A stretch of DNA of 35,279 bases from Actinomycetota bacterium (GTDB lineage: Bacteria; Actinomycetota; UBA4738; HRBIN12). A program made the position numbers and the translations under genes. The stretch lies in NCBI GenBank assembly GCA_035272825.1, contig DATEQE010000163.1, forward strand, positions 1 to 35,279, given 5' to 3'. Below, in pieces: positions 1 through 8,232 of this stretch. A model generated the notes under the pieces. It had not been told where the DNA came from. It did not search any database and worked only from the letters and a program-made list of their open reading frames with translations. Within the stretch, counting starts at the first letter, position 1; each line of letters starts with the position of its first letter.

Positions 1-1193
1 CCGATCCGAGGGTGCGCCGCGAACGCCTCCCGCCGATCATCGGCCGAGAGTCCGGCCCACACGTCGTCGGCGGTCTGCAGCAGCGCGTCGAACGTGGCGA
101 ACGGCCTCGCCGCCTGGAGCTCGCTCGCCCAGGCGCGCGACCCGCAGCAGCCGAGTACGCGCTCCTCGAACACCTCGGGCGTCTTCGCGTTGAGCCATCG
201 GACGCCGAACGAGCGCCAGCCGTCGTCCGTGACCCGCCCGTGCACCCGGAGCCGGGCCACGCCGCCGTCGGGGTGGATGTTCAGCCGAACCTGTGTAGCC
301 GGCACCGGCGGGTCGATCGGGAACGCGAAGCGTCGATGCGGGCCCAGCTTGCGGTGCGAGAGGACCTCGGACCAGGCCGGCTCGGCCTCCGTGTCGGCGG
401 CGACGTCGGGAGCCGCACGAACCTCGAGCGAGCACGAGTCCGGGTAGTTGCCCTTGAAGTTCGAGGTGTCGACCTCGATGCGCTCGATCTCGGTCTCCGT
501 CGCGAGGCGGATCACCACCCAGTCGTGGCCCTCGCCGCGCCGGCGTCGCGTTTCCCACCCGTCGTGCATGCCGTGTGAGTCGCCAGGCGCGATGAGGTTG
601 TGCGGCGAGGAGAAGAAGAGATCGCTCGCGTCGAGCACGACCCCACCCGACCACGACGCCGCGACGTCCGCGCGGCCGCCGCCGTCGGTGAGCGTTCGAA
701 GATCCGGGAGGGGCTCGCCGTGGACGCGGAGCCTCGCGACCCCGCCGTCGGGGACGATGTTGAGCCGGACGTGGCTCACCCGGAGCGGCGAGGGGACGAC
801 GAATCGGTTGACCGTGTCACCCTCGAGCGCCGACTCGGGCACCAGGTCGAACCACTCCGCGCCCGTGACGTCGTCCTCCTCGACCACCGCACCCTCGACC
901 GAGCAGCGGTCCGGGTAGTTGCCGCGGAAGAAGCTGGTGTCGACGACCACGCCGCGGACGATCCCGGCGATGCCGAGGCGGACGATGCACCAGTCGTGGC
1001 CCGGGTCGCGTCGGCGGCGCGTCTCCCAGCCGTCCATCTCCTTGCCTCGATCCGTGTAGCGATCGGGGTCGAAGACCGGGGCCTCCGGCTTCACGAGGTT
1101 GTCCTTCGGCGCGAAGAACTCGTCGTTCGCGACGAGCACCATTCCGCCGAGGCGCCGGGCGGCGAGGTCGGGCAGCGCCGTGAAATCGCTCAC
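1..1193 (-). CDS. alc: allantoicase (two allantoicase repeats) fused in-frame to an OHCU decarboxylase domain; the 3' end runs off the left edge of the window
   Basis: Absent from the ORF track because there is no stop inside the window. Hand translation of the minus strand from GTG 1193 gives VSDFTALPDLAARRLGGMVLVANDEFFAPKDNLVKPEAPVFDPDRYTDRGKEMDGWETRRRRDPGHDWCIVRLG...RLNIVPDGGVARLRVHG (repeat 1). Repeat 2 reads ...HGMHDGWETRRRRGEGHDWVVIRLA...RLNIHPDGGVARLRVHG. This is followed by WLNAKTPEVFEERVLGCCGSRAWASELQAARPF...DDRREAFAAHPRIG, which resembles the N-terminal signature of OHCU decarboxylase. GTG 1193-1191 overlaps the allantoinase TGA (GTGA). Confidence 0.85.
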   Translation of the reverse strand, partial: MSDFTALPDLAARRLGGMVLVANDEFFAPKDNLVKPEAPVFDPDRYTDRGKEMDGWETRRRRDPGHDWCIVRLGIAGIVRGVVVDTSFFRGNYPDRCSVEGAVVEEDDVTGAEWFDLVPESALEGDTVNRFVVPSPLRVSHVRLNIVPDGGVARLRVHGEPLPDLRTLTDGGGRADVAASWSGGVVLDASDLFFSSPHNLIAPGDSHGMHDGWETRRRRGEGHDWVVIRLATETEIERIEVDTSNFKGNYPDSCSLEVRAAPDVAADTEAEPAWSEVLSHRKLGPHRRFAFPIDPPVPATQVRLNIHPDGGVARLRVHGRVTDDGWRSFGVRWLNAKTPEVFEERVLGCCGSRAWASELQAARPFATFDALLQTADDVWAGLSADDRREAFAAHPRI

Positions 1194-2527
1194 GCCGCTC
1201 CCCTCGACAGCAGGCGGCCGGCCGGTTCGTCCCGGAACCGCCCGTCCGCGTAGACCTCCACCCCTCGAACGTACGTGGCCGCGACGCGTCCGTCGAGCCG
1301 GCGGCCCGCGTAGGGCGTGACCGGGTTGCGGTGGTGAAGCTCGGAGGGAGCGATCTCGGAGGCACCGTCGGGGTCGAACAGGACCAGGTCCGCGTCCCTG
1401 CCCTCGGCGATCGCGCCCTTGCGTTCGAGGCCGGCGATCGCGGCGGGCCCTTCGCTCATCCAGCGGGCCACGTCCTCGAGCGCGAACCCCCGAGCCCGGG
1501 CCTGCGTCCATACGGCCCGCAGCCCGAGCTCCACCGACGCGATGCCGCCCCACGCATCGAAGAACGAGCCCGCCTTCAGGTCGGCCGTGCACGGGGAGTG
1601 GTCGGACACGACCGCGGCGATCCGCCCGTCCCGGAGCCCGTCCCAGAGGCGCTCCCGGTTCGCCGCATCGCGGATCGGCGGTGCGCACTTGCACGCGGTG
1701 GCGCCGTCGGGGATCTCGGCCGCGTCGAACGTCAGGTAGTGCGGGCAGGTCTCGACCGACACGCGTTCGTGTCCGGACAGGGTGTCCAGACCGGTCGCCG
1801 CCGAGAGATGGAGCACGTGCGACCGGCACCCCGTCGCCGCGCTCACCTCGGCGACCGCCGCGATCGCCTGCTCCTCCGCCGAGGCCGGCCGCGACGCGAG
1901 GTAGGTGCGGTACGCGAACGGGTCGGAGCCGGCGAGTCCTTCCGTCGCGCGCTCGATCGGGCCGGGCAGCTCTGCGTGCACGATCAGCAGCCCGTCGAAC
2001 GCCGCGATCTCGGACGCCGCCGCCCCGAGCTGATCGAGATCCAGCGATCCGAACTCATCGACGCCGGACGGACAGAGGAAGCACTTGAACCCGAACACGC
2101 CGGCGTCGTGCAGCTCGCGCAGGTGTCCGAGATCGCCGGGCACCGCTCCGCCCCAGAACCCGACGTCGACGTGGACCTTCCCGTCGGCGGCGGCGCGCTT
2201 CTCGGCGAGGGCGGGGATCGTCGTCGTCGGCGGGATGCTGTTCAACGGCATGTCGAGGATCGTCGTCACGCCGCCAGCCGCAGCCGCGCGGGTCGCGGTC
2301 TCGAACCCCTCCCACGCGGTCCGTCCGGGCTCGTTCACGTGCACGTGCGTATCGACGAGTCCTGGCATGATCACCTCGGCTGCCTCGACGATCGGCACAC
2401 CCGATGGCGCGTCGTGGAAGGGGGCGACGCGTTCGATGCCGCCATCAACGACGTGGATGCACGCGTCGCGAACGCCGCCCGGCGTCACGACGCGCCGGCC
2501 GCGGATCACGACGTCGCCACCGTGCAC
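1190..2527 (-). CDS. allB: allantoinase (cyclic amidohydrolase)
   Basis: This is the C-terminal 445 codons of track ORF 1190..3811. GTG at 2527 is in frame (1338 nt = 446 codons). Motifs: PGLVDTHVHVNEPGRTAWEGF, FKCFLCPSG, VSDHSPC, CPHYLTF. The upstream part of the track ORF is antisense to the 2570..3859 gene and is not credible coding sequence. Confidence 0.9.
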   Translation of the reverse strand: MHGGDVVIRGRRVVTPGGVRDACIHVVDGGIERVAPFHDAPSGVPIVEAAEVIMPGLVDTHVHVNEPGRTAWEGFETATRAAAAGGVTTILDMPLNSIPPTTTIPALAEKRAAADGKVHVDVGFWGGAVPGDLGHLRELHDAGVFGFKCFLCPSGVDEFGSLDLDQLGAAASEIAAFDGLLIVHAELPGPIERATEGLAGSDPFAYRTYLASRPASAEEQAIAAVAEVSAATGCRSHVLHLSAATGLDTLSGHERVSVETCPHYLTFDAAEIPDGATACKCAPPIRDAANRERLWDGLRDGRIAAVVSDHSPCTADLKAGSFFDAWGGIASVELGLRAVWTQARARGFALEDVARWMSEGPAAIAGLERKGAIAEGRDADLVLFDPDGASEIAPSELHHRNPVTPYAGRRLDGRVAATYVRGVEVYADGRFRDEPAGRLLSRGAA

Positions 2528-2569
2528 GGTCGCATCGTGGCACGGGCCTGAACGTCTACGCTCACCGCC

Positions 2570-3859
2570 GTGAGGACGGTCTTCCGAGGAGCGCGGTGGC
2601 CCGGCGACGTCGCCGTCCGCGACGGCCGGATCGAGGCGCTCGGGTCGGTGGCCGAGGAGCCGGGGGACGAGGTGATCCGGTGCGACGGCGACCTGATCAC
2701 CGCCGGGCTCGTGAACACCCACCACCACCTCTACCAGTGGATGACGCGCGGCCGATGCGTCGGATGCGACCTGTTCGGCTGGCTCGTCGAGCTCTACCCG
2801 GTCTGGGGGCGTCTGGACGTCGAGGACGTGCAGGCCGCGGCGCTGGTCGGTCTCACCGAGCTCGCGCTCACCGGCTGCACGACCGCGGCCGACCACCACT
2901 ACCTGGTCCCGCGCGGCGACGACACCGTGTTCGACGCGATCGCCGACGCGGCGAGGACCGTGGGGATCCGCGTACACCTGGCGCGGGGGTCGATGGATCT
3001 CGGCGAGTCGCGGGGTGGCCTCCCCCCCGACCACGTCGTCGAGGACCTCGACGCGATCCTCGCGTCGACCGAGTCGGTGATCGCCCGCCACCACGACGGC
3101 GAGCGCGTCGTCGTGACGGTCGCGCCGTGCAGCCCGTTCAGCGTGTCGCGGGAGCTGATGCGCGAGTCCGCCGCGCTCGCACGGCGTCACGGCCTGAGGC
3201 TGCACACCCACCTCGCCGAGACCGTCGACGAGGAGCGGGACGTGCTCGAGCGCCTCGGCCGGCGTCCGGTGGACCTGCTCGACGAGCTTGGGTGGATCGA
3301 CGGCGACGTGTGGGTGGCGCACGGGATCCACTTCGACGACGCCGAGGTGGTACGTCTCGGCGCCGCGGGGACCGGGGTGGCGCACTGCCCATCGAGCAAC
3401 GCGCGGCTGGGCGCCGGGATGTGCCGGGTCACCGATCTCGAGGCCGCGGGGGCACCGGTGGGTCTCGGCGTGGACGGGGTCGCCTCCAACGAGGTGGGCG
3501 GCCTGCAGCCCGAGCTGCGCCAGGCGCTCTACACGGCCCGGCAGCGCGCCGGCCGGGCCGACGTCTTCCTGCCGCCCGACGCCCTGCGGCTCGCGACCGA
3601 GGGCGGCGCACGATGCCTCGGCCGGGACGACCTCGGCCGGCTCGAGCCCGGGCTCCGAGCCGATCTGGTGGTCTGGCCCGGCGACGACCTCGGCGACATC
3701 CCCGACCCGCTGGCCGGCCTGGTCCTGGGGCCCGACCGTCGGGCGCGGCACGTGTTCGTCGAGGGCGAGCCTGTCGTGCGGGACGGGACGCTCCTGGGGG
3801 CGGACGAGCAAGCCCTGCGCCGCGACCTCGCCGAACGCGCCCGCCGCCTCTGGCCCTGA
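2570..3859 (+). CDS. metal-dependent amidohydrolase, 8-oxoguanine deaminase / ATZ-TRZ-SsnA-like
   Basis: Track ORF of 429 aa with a GTG start. Motifs: ITAGLVNTHHHLYQ, HTHLAET, VAHCPSSNARLGAG, GLGVDGVASN. It is divergent from allantoinase with only a 42-nt gap, which fits a purine-catabolic context. Confidence 0.85.
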   Translation: MRTVFRGARWPGDVAVRDGRIEALGSVAEEPGDEVIRCDGDLITAGLVNTHHHLYQWMTRGRCVGCDLFGWLVELYPVWGRLDVEDVQAAALVGLTELALTGCTTAADHHYLVPRGDDTVFDAIADAARTVGIRVHLARGSMDLGESRGGLPPDHVVEDLDAILASTESVIARHHDGERVVVTVAPCSPFSVSRELMRESAALARRHGLRLHTHLAETVDEERDVLERLGRRPVDLLDELGWIDGDVWVAHGIHFDDAEVVRLGAAGTGVAHCPSSNARLGAGMCRVTDLEAAGAPVGLGVDGVASNEVGGLQPELRQALYTARQRAGRADVFLPPDALRLATEGGARCLGRDDLGRLEPGLRADLVVWPGDDLGDIPDPLAGLVLGPDRRARHVFVEGEPVVRDGTLLGADEQALRRDLAERARRLWP

Positions 3860-4535
3860 TGCCGCTGCGGAACCGGGTCACGCCGCTCGGTGGGCTGGTC
3901 GCCGAGCCCGGCCGAGGCCTCGTGTACGGGAACCGCGGATGCCTGCACGACGACCGAGGCCGGATCCGCCGCGGGTACGCTGGCAAGCGATGGATCGCGT
4001 GCCGGCTGCGTTTCCGAGGCTGGCATCGCGAGCCGCTCCTGCAGCCCGGCCGGTTCACCGAGCTGTTCTTCCTGGACGAGGCGACGGCCTTCGCGGCCGG
4101 TCACCGCCCGTGCGCCCTCTGTCGGCGCGAGGACTACGACCGGTTCGGCGAGATCTGGCGCTCGCTCCACCCAGGCCAGGTCGGCGCCGACGCGATCGAT
4201 GCGCAGCTTCACGCCGAACGGATCGAACCGCGACGCGCGACCGCCGCCTCCACGCGGCCAACCTGGCGGATCTCCCCGACGGGGCGTTCGTCCTCCGCGA
4301 CGGCGTACCGTTCCTCGTGCTCGGCACCGAGCTCCTGCGATGGTCGACGGCGGGTTACGTGGAACGCGACCCTCGACCCGCACGGAGGGGGACGACCCTC
4401 ATCACCCCGCCGTCGCTCGTCGAGATGCTGCGCGCCGGCTGGCGCCCCCTGGTCCCGCTGTTCCATCCATCGGCGGCCCCGGATCGTCTCGACCCGGTGT
4501 GCCGTCGCGTCAAGGCGCCCGCTCGACGTCCCTGA
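3859..4535 (+). pseudogene. conserved hypothetical protein with an apparent 1-nt frame change near 4228-4262 (pseudogene or sequencing error)
   Basis: ATG 3859 overlaps the upstream TGA (TGATG). Frame 1 reads protein-like (MPLRNRVTPLGGLVAEPGRGLVYGNRGCLHDDRGRI...FFLDEATAFAAGHRPCALCRREDYDRFGEIW...IDAQLHAERIEP) and then turns into R/S/P-rich junk. Frame 0 becomes protein-like from ...RRLHAANLADLPDGAFVLRDGVPFLVLGTELLRWSTAGYVERD...LITPPSLVEMLRAGWRP up to TGA 4535, and has no canonical start of its own. Confidence 0.55.
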
Positions 4536-4965
4536 GGTACTCGGCCACGGCGCTGATGTCATGATCGGCCAGCCCGGTCGCGAGGGCGGCTCGCACCACG
4601 TCGCGGTTCGTCGCCGCCTGCGGCATCGGGGCCCCCACCGCACGAGCGAGCTCGAGGATCAGGTCGAGATCCTTGCCGACCAGATCCAGCCGGAACGCGA
4701 CCATCAGATGGATCTCGATCGGGAGCTTCACCCAGTTCCGCGCGCGCGCGACGACGTGGTCGCCGAACGTGAGGCGCGGGACGAAGTGATCGTCCATCAC
4801 GTCGAGCGAGAACGCGTCCACACCGGCCGCGGCCACGCGGGTGAGCTCGTGCTCCAGCCGGGCGAAGTCGGCGTCGAGGATCGAGGCCGTGACGATCGCC
4901 ACGTTCCCTCTGCACCGGTCGAGAGAGTCCTCGAACACGACGACCGGCGCAGTGGATGCTAGCAA
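4510..4965 (-). pseudogene. ribulose-phosphate 3-epimerase-like ORF, truncated and degenerate (151 aa versus about 220 aa)
   Basis: Residues 22-95 (VAIVTASILDADFARLEHELTRVAAAGVDAFSLDVMDDHFVPRLTFGDHVV...PIEIHLMV) align with the Rpe N-terminus (PSILSADFARLG...DVMDxHFVPNLTxG...DVHLMV). The rest does not contain the later barrel strands. The 3' end overlaps the convergent 3859..4535 gene by 26 nt. An alternative GTG start lies at 4902. Confidence 0.5.
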
Positions 4966-4986
4966 GCACCGGTATCGTGTCGCCCG

Positions 4987-6066
4987 ATGCGATCACTCGG
5001 ATCGCCAGAGGACGCCGTCCACGTGCCGGCGTCGCCGCACCGAAGGTTGAACCTGCTGAACGGGCGATGGGTCCTCGTGTCGGCGGAGCGCACGGCGCGC
5101 CCGTGGCTCGGCAGGACGGAATCGTCGAACCCGGAACCGCGGCCCCCGTACGACCCGAGCTGCTACCTGTGTCCGGGGAACGAGCGGGCAGGCGGCGAGC
5201 GGAACCCCGCGTACGAGCGGACCTTCACGTTCACCAACGACTTCGCCGCCCTGCGCCCCGACACCCCGGAGTGGTCGACGCAGGCGGACCCGATCCTGCA
5301 GGTGCGGACCGGACCCGGCACCTGCCGGGTCCTGTGCTTCTCCCCCCGCCACGATCTCGACCTCGCGCTGATGTCGACACCGCAGATCGGGGACGTGGTC
5401 GATCTCTGGGTCGAGCAGGTCGCCGAGCTGGGCAGGCGATATCGCTCCGTGCTGGTGTTCGAGAACCGCGGCGAGGACATGGGGGCGTCCAACGCGCATC
5501 CGCACGGTCAGCTGTGGGCCAGCGCTCATCTCCCCGACGAGCCCGCGATCGAGGACGACCGGCAGCGAGCCGCGTTCGAGGCCTCGGGCAGTCCGCTGCT
5601 GCTCGACTACGCCCGTCTCGAGCTGAGCCACGACGCCAGGGTGGTCGTCGAGAACGACGGATGGGTGGCCGTCGTTCCGTTCTGGGCGTTCTGGCCGTTC
5701 GAGGCCCTCGTGGTGCCGCGTCGACACATCTCGCGCCTCACTGACCTGGACGACGACGCGCGCCGCGGCCTGGCCGAGCTCATCCGACGCCTGCTCGCGA
5801 AGTACGACAACCTGTACCGGAGGAGCTTCCCGTACTCCATGGGCTGGCACGGCGCGCCCGGACGCGACGAGCACGCCGAGCACTGGCAGCTGCATTCGCA
5901 CGTCTTCCCACCGCTGCTCTCTGCGACGACGCGCAAGTTCGTGGCGGGCTACGAGCTGTTCGCCGAGACCGCGAGGGAGCTCACGCCGGAGGAAGCAGCC
6001 CAGCGACTGCGGGACCAGCCCGACGTGCACTTCCTGTCGAGCCCCGACCCCGTCGGCGGCGGGTAG
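4987..6066 (+). CDS. galT: galactose-1-phosphate uridylyltransferase
   Basis: Track ORF of 359 aa. It carries HRRLNLLNGRWVLVSAERTARPW, CYLCPGNER, the active-site SNAHPHGQ, and FPYSMGWHGAP. The start is uncertain; an alternative GTG lies at about 5023. Confidence 0.92.
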   Translation: MRSLGSPEDAVHVPASPHRRLNLLNGRWVLVSAERTARPWLGRTESSNPEPRPPYDPSCYLCPGNERAGGERNPAYERTFTFTNDFAALRPDTPEWSTQADPILQVRTGPGTCRVLCFSPRHDLDLALMSTPQIGDVVDLWVEQVAELGRRYRSVLVFENRGEDMGASNAHPHGQLWASAHLPDEPAIEDDRQRAAFEASGSPLLLDYARLELSHDARVVVENDGWVAVVPFWAFWPFEALVVPRRHISRLTDLDDDARRGLAELIRRLLAKYDNLYRRSFPYSMGWHGAPGRDEHAEHWQLHSHVFPPLLSATTRKFVAGYELFAETARELTPEEAAQRLRDQPDVHFLSSPDPVGGG

Positions 6067-6069
6067 GGC

Positions 6070-7224
6070 GTGAGCGCGAGCGGTCGCGCCGTCCGTCTCT
6101 TCCGCGAGCAGTTCGGCGGCAATCCCGACGCGCTCCTGCGCGCGCCCGGACGCGTCAACCTCATCGGCGAGCACACTGACTACAACGACGGCTTCGTGCT
6201 GCCCGTCGCCATCGACCGCGACCTGTGCGTCGCGATCCGCCTCCGGTCCGACCCCATCGTCGACGTGCGCTCGGAGGGGCACGAGAACGCCACCGTTGCG
6301 ATCGACGGTTTCGAGCGACGATCGAGCGACTGGGGCATCTACGTCCAGGGCGTGGCGTGGGCGTTGACGGAGGCCGGTCACCATCTGGCCGGATGGGACG
6401 GCGCGATGGCCAGCGACATCCCGATCGGGGCCGGCCTCTCCTCCTCCGCTGCGATCGAGCTGGCCACGGCTCGAGCGTTCCAGCTCAGCTCCGCATTCGA
6501 GTGGGAGCCGACGACGATCGCGCGAGTGTGTCAGCGAGCGGAGAACGCGTGGGTGGGCCTCGCGTCCGGGCTGATGGATCAGCTCGCCTGCGTCCGCGGG
6601 CGAGCAGGGCACGCCCTTCTCCTCGATTGCCGGTCGCTCGATTCGGAATGGGTCCCCCTCCCGGATCGCGCCGCGGTCGTCGTCCTGGACACGGGAACCC
6701 GCCGCGAGCTCGAGACCTCCGCGTACAACGACCGGCGACGCGAGTGCAAGGCGGCGGCCCGAGCGCTGGGTGTCGAGTCCCTGCGTGACGTGTCCGAGTC
6801 CGACCTGCGTTTGCGCTCGACGGCGCTCGCCGGCACGGTCGCTCGGCGAGCCCGCCACGTGATCACGGAGAACGAGCGGACGATCGCCGCCGCCGACGCC
6901 CTGCGCGCCGGCGACGCTGAGCGCGTCGGCAGGCTCATGAACGAGAGCCACCGCAGCCTGCGGGAGGACTTCGAGGTGTCGAGCGAGGCCCTGGACGCCA
7001 TGGCCGAGGCGGCCCAAACAGCCGAGGGATGCTTCGGAGCCCGCCTTACCGGAGGCGGGTTCGCCGGCTGCGCCGTCGCCTTCGTCGAACGAACGGCCAC
7101 CCGTGCGTTCGAACGCGAGGTCGCCGGCGCCTACCGGGAGCGGACCGGGCTCACGTGCGAGATCTACGTCTGCCGGGCGAGCGACGGGGTGTCGGTGCTC
7201 CCGCTTCCGGGCGACGCCGCCTGA
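6070..7224 (+). CDS. galK: galactokinase
   Basis: Track ORF of 384 aa with a GTG start 3 nt after the galT stop. It carries the GalK signature GRVNLIGEHTDYNDGFVLP, the GHMP motif PIGAGLSSSAA, and ARLTGGGFAGC. Confidence 0.93.
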   Translation: MSASGRAVRLFREQFGGNPDALLRAPGRVNLIGEHTDYNDGFVLPVAIDRDLCVAIRLRSDPIVDVRSEGHENATVAIDGFERRSSDWGIYVQGVAWALTEAGHHLAGWDGAMASDIPIGAGLSSSAAIELATARAFQLSSAFEWEPTTIARVCQRAENAWVGLASGLMDQLACVRGRAGHALLLDCRSLDSEWVPLPDRAAVVVLDTGTRRELETSAYNDRRRECKAAARALGVESLRDVSESDLRLRSTALAGTVARRARHVITENERTIAAADALRAGDAERVGRLMNESHRSLREDFEVSSEALDAMAEAAQTAEGCFGARLTGGGFAGCAVAFVERTATRAFEREVAGAYRERTGLTCEIYVCRASDGVSVLPLPGDAA

Positions 7225-7226
7225 TC

Positions 7227-7949
7227 TCAGTCGCCGCGGGCGTCCCCCCCGGGCTGCCCGTAGTAGGCGTCGGGGCCGTGCTTGCGGCCGAAGTGGCGGG
7301 CCAACAGCGCGTCGGCGATGGGACCGATCGACGGCTCGAGCGCCAGCGTTCGCAGGGCCATCGCCGCGACGACTTCCAGCGCCACCGCGTTCGTCACGGC
7401 CTCGGTCGGATCGGCCCCCCAGGCGAAGGGGCCGTGGCTCGCGACGAGGGCGGCCGGCATGTCCAGCGCGCCGAGGCTTAGCCCCTGGAGCGTCTCGACG
7501 ATAACCTCGCCCGTCGACCCCTCGTAGTCGCCGGCGATCTCGCCTTCGGTGAGCCCCCGGGTGACCGGGATCGGTCCGGCGAAGTGATCGGCATGGGTCG
7601 TGCCGAGGCAGGGGACGGATCGCTCCGCCTGGGCCCATGCGGAGGCGAACGGCGAGTGCGTGTGCACGACGCCGCCGATCGATGCGAACCGCCGATACAG
7701 GACCAGGTGCGTCGGGGTGTCCGAGGAGGGCCTCATCGAGCCTTCCACGACACGGCCGTCGTCGAGCGGGACCACCACGGTGTCCTTCGGCTCGACCCGG
7801 TCACACGCCACTCCGCTCGCCTTGATGACGATGACCCCCTCGTTCCGATCGACGCCGCTCGCATTGCCGAAGGACAGTGCCACCAGGCCCTCGGCCGCCA
7901 ACCTTCGGTTCGCCTCGGCGACCTGCTCACGCAGCTCCGGTGACGGCAC
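7227..7949 (-). CDS. araD: L-ribulose-5-phosphate 4-epimerase
   Basis: Track ORF of 240 aa. It is collinear with E. coli AraD as I remember it (FGNASGVDR..GVIVIKASGV, PSSDTPTHLVLYRRFASIGGVVHTHS, GTTHADHF, SHGPFAWG, RKHGPDAYYGQ). GTG start, preceded by GGGAGGTGAGGC. Confidence 0.93.
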   Translation of the reverse strand: MPSPELREQVAEANRRLAAEGLVALSFGNASGVDRNEGVIVIKASGVACDRVEPKDTVVVPLDDGRVVEGSMRPSSDTPTHLVLYRRFASIGGVVHTHSPFASAWAQAERSVPCLGTTHADHFAGPIPVTRGLTEGEIAGDYEGSTGEVIVETLQGLSLGALDMPAALVASHGPFAWGADPTEAVTNAVALEVVAAMALRTLALEPSIGPIADALLARHFGRKHGPDAYYGQPGGDARGD

Positions 7950-8073
7950 GCCTCACCTCCCGCTCCCCCGATCGGGTCGCCCGCGCCGGACGAAGCGCCG
8001 AAACGCAACCCCGGTCCTGGACGTCACGGTTTCCATTGCCCCGCTTGCCCGAACGCCGGTACGAATGCTTTCC

Positions 8074-8103
8074 TTGACAGGAAAGAATACGTTTGCATAC
8101 ACT
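8074..8103 (+). promoter_or_regulatory. candidate promoter of the arabinose transporter-araA operon
   Basis: Perfect TTGACA at 8074-8079, an 18-nt spacer, then TACACT (TANNNT type) at 8098-8103. It sits in a locally AT-richer patch of the araD/SBP divergent intergenic region. Confidence 0.35.
8085..8098. promoter_or_regulatory. candidate LacI-family (AraR-like) operator
   Basis: GAATACGTTTGCAT is centred on CG and shares ATACGTTyGCAT with the site upstream of the LacI-type gene (15698-15711). It overlaps the spacer and -10 of the candidate promoter. Extra CGAATGC half-sites lie at 8062-8068 and 8104-8110, and TTGCAT-N8-ATGCAA lies at 8093-8112. Confidence 0.35.
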
Positions 8104-8232
8104 CGAATGCAATCCTCGAGACTTTCAGGGGTTAGGCCTCGGAGGGGGTTCGACGGGGGGATCGAAGGGGGGCGATATCGGCACCGGCTCACGGCATCGA
8201 GACCGCAGCTTCGCGAGCAAGGAGGGGGCGTG

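Noticed and set aside
1190-3811. 873-aa ORF suggesting a giant allantoinase fusion.
   Set aside because: Only the C-terminal 445 codons (from GTG 2527) are allantoinase. The upstream 430 codons are antisense to the 2570..3859 amidohydrolase and read as junk.
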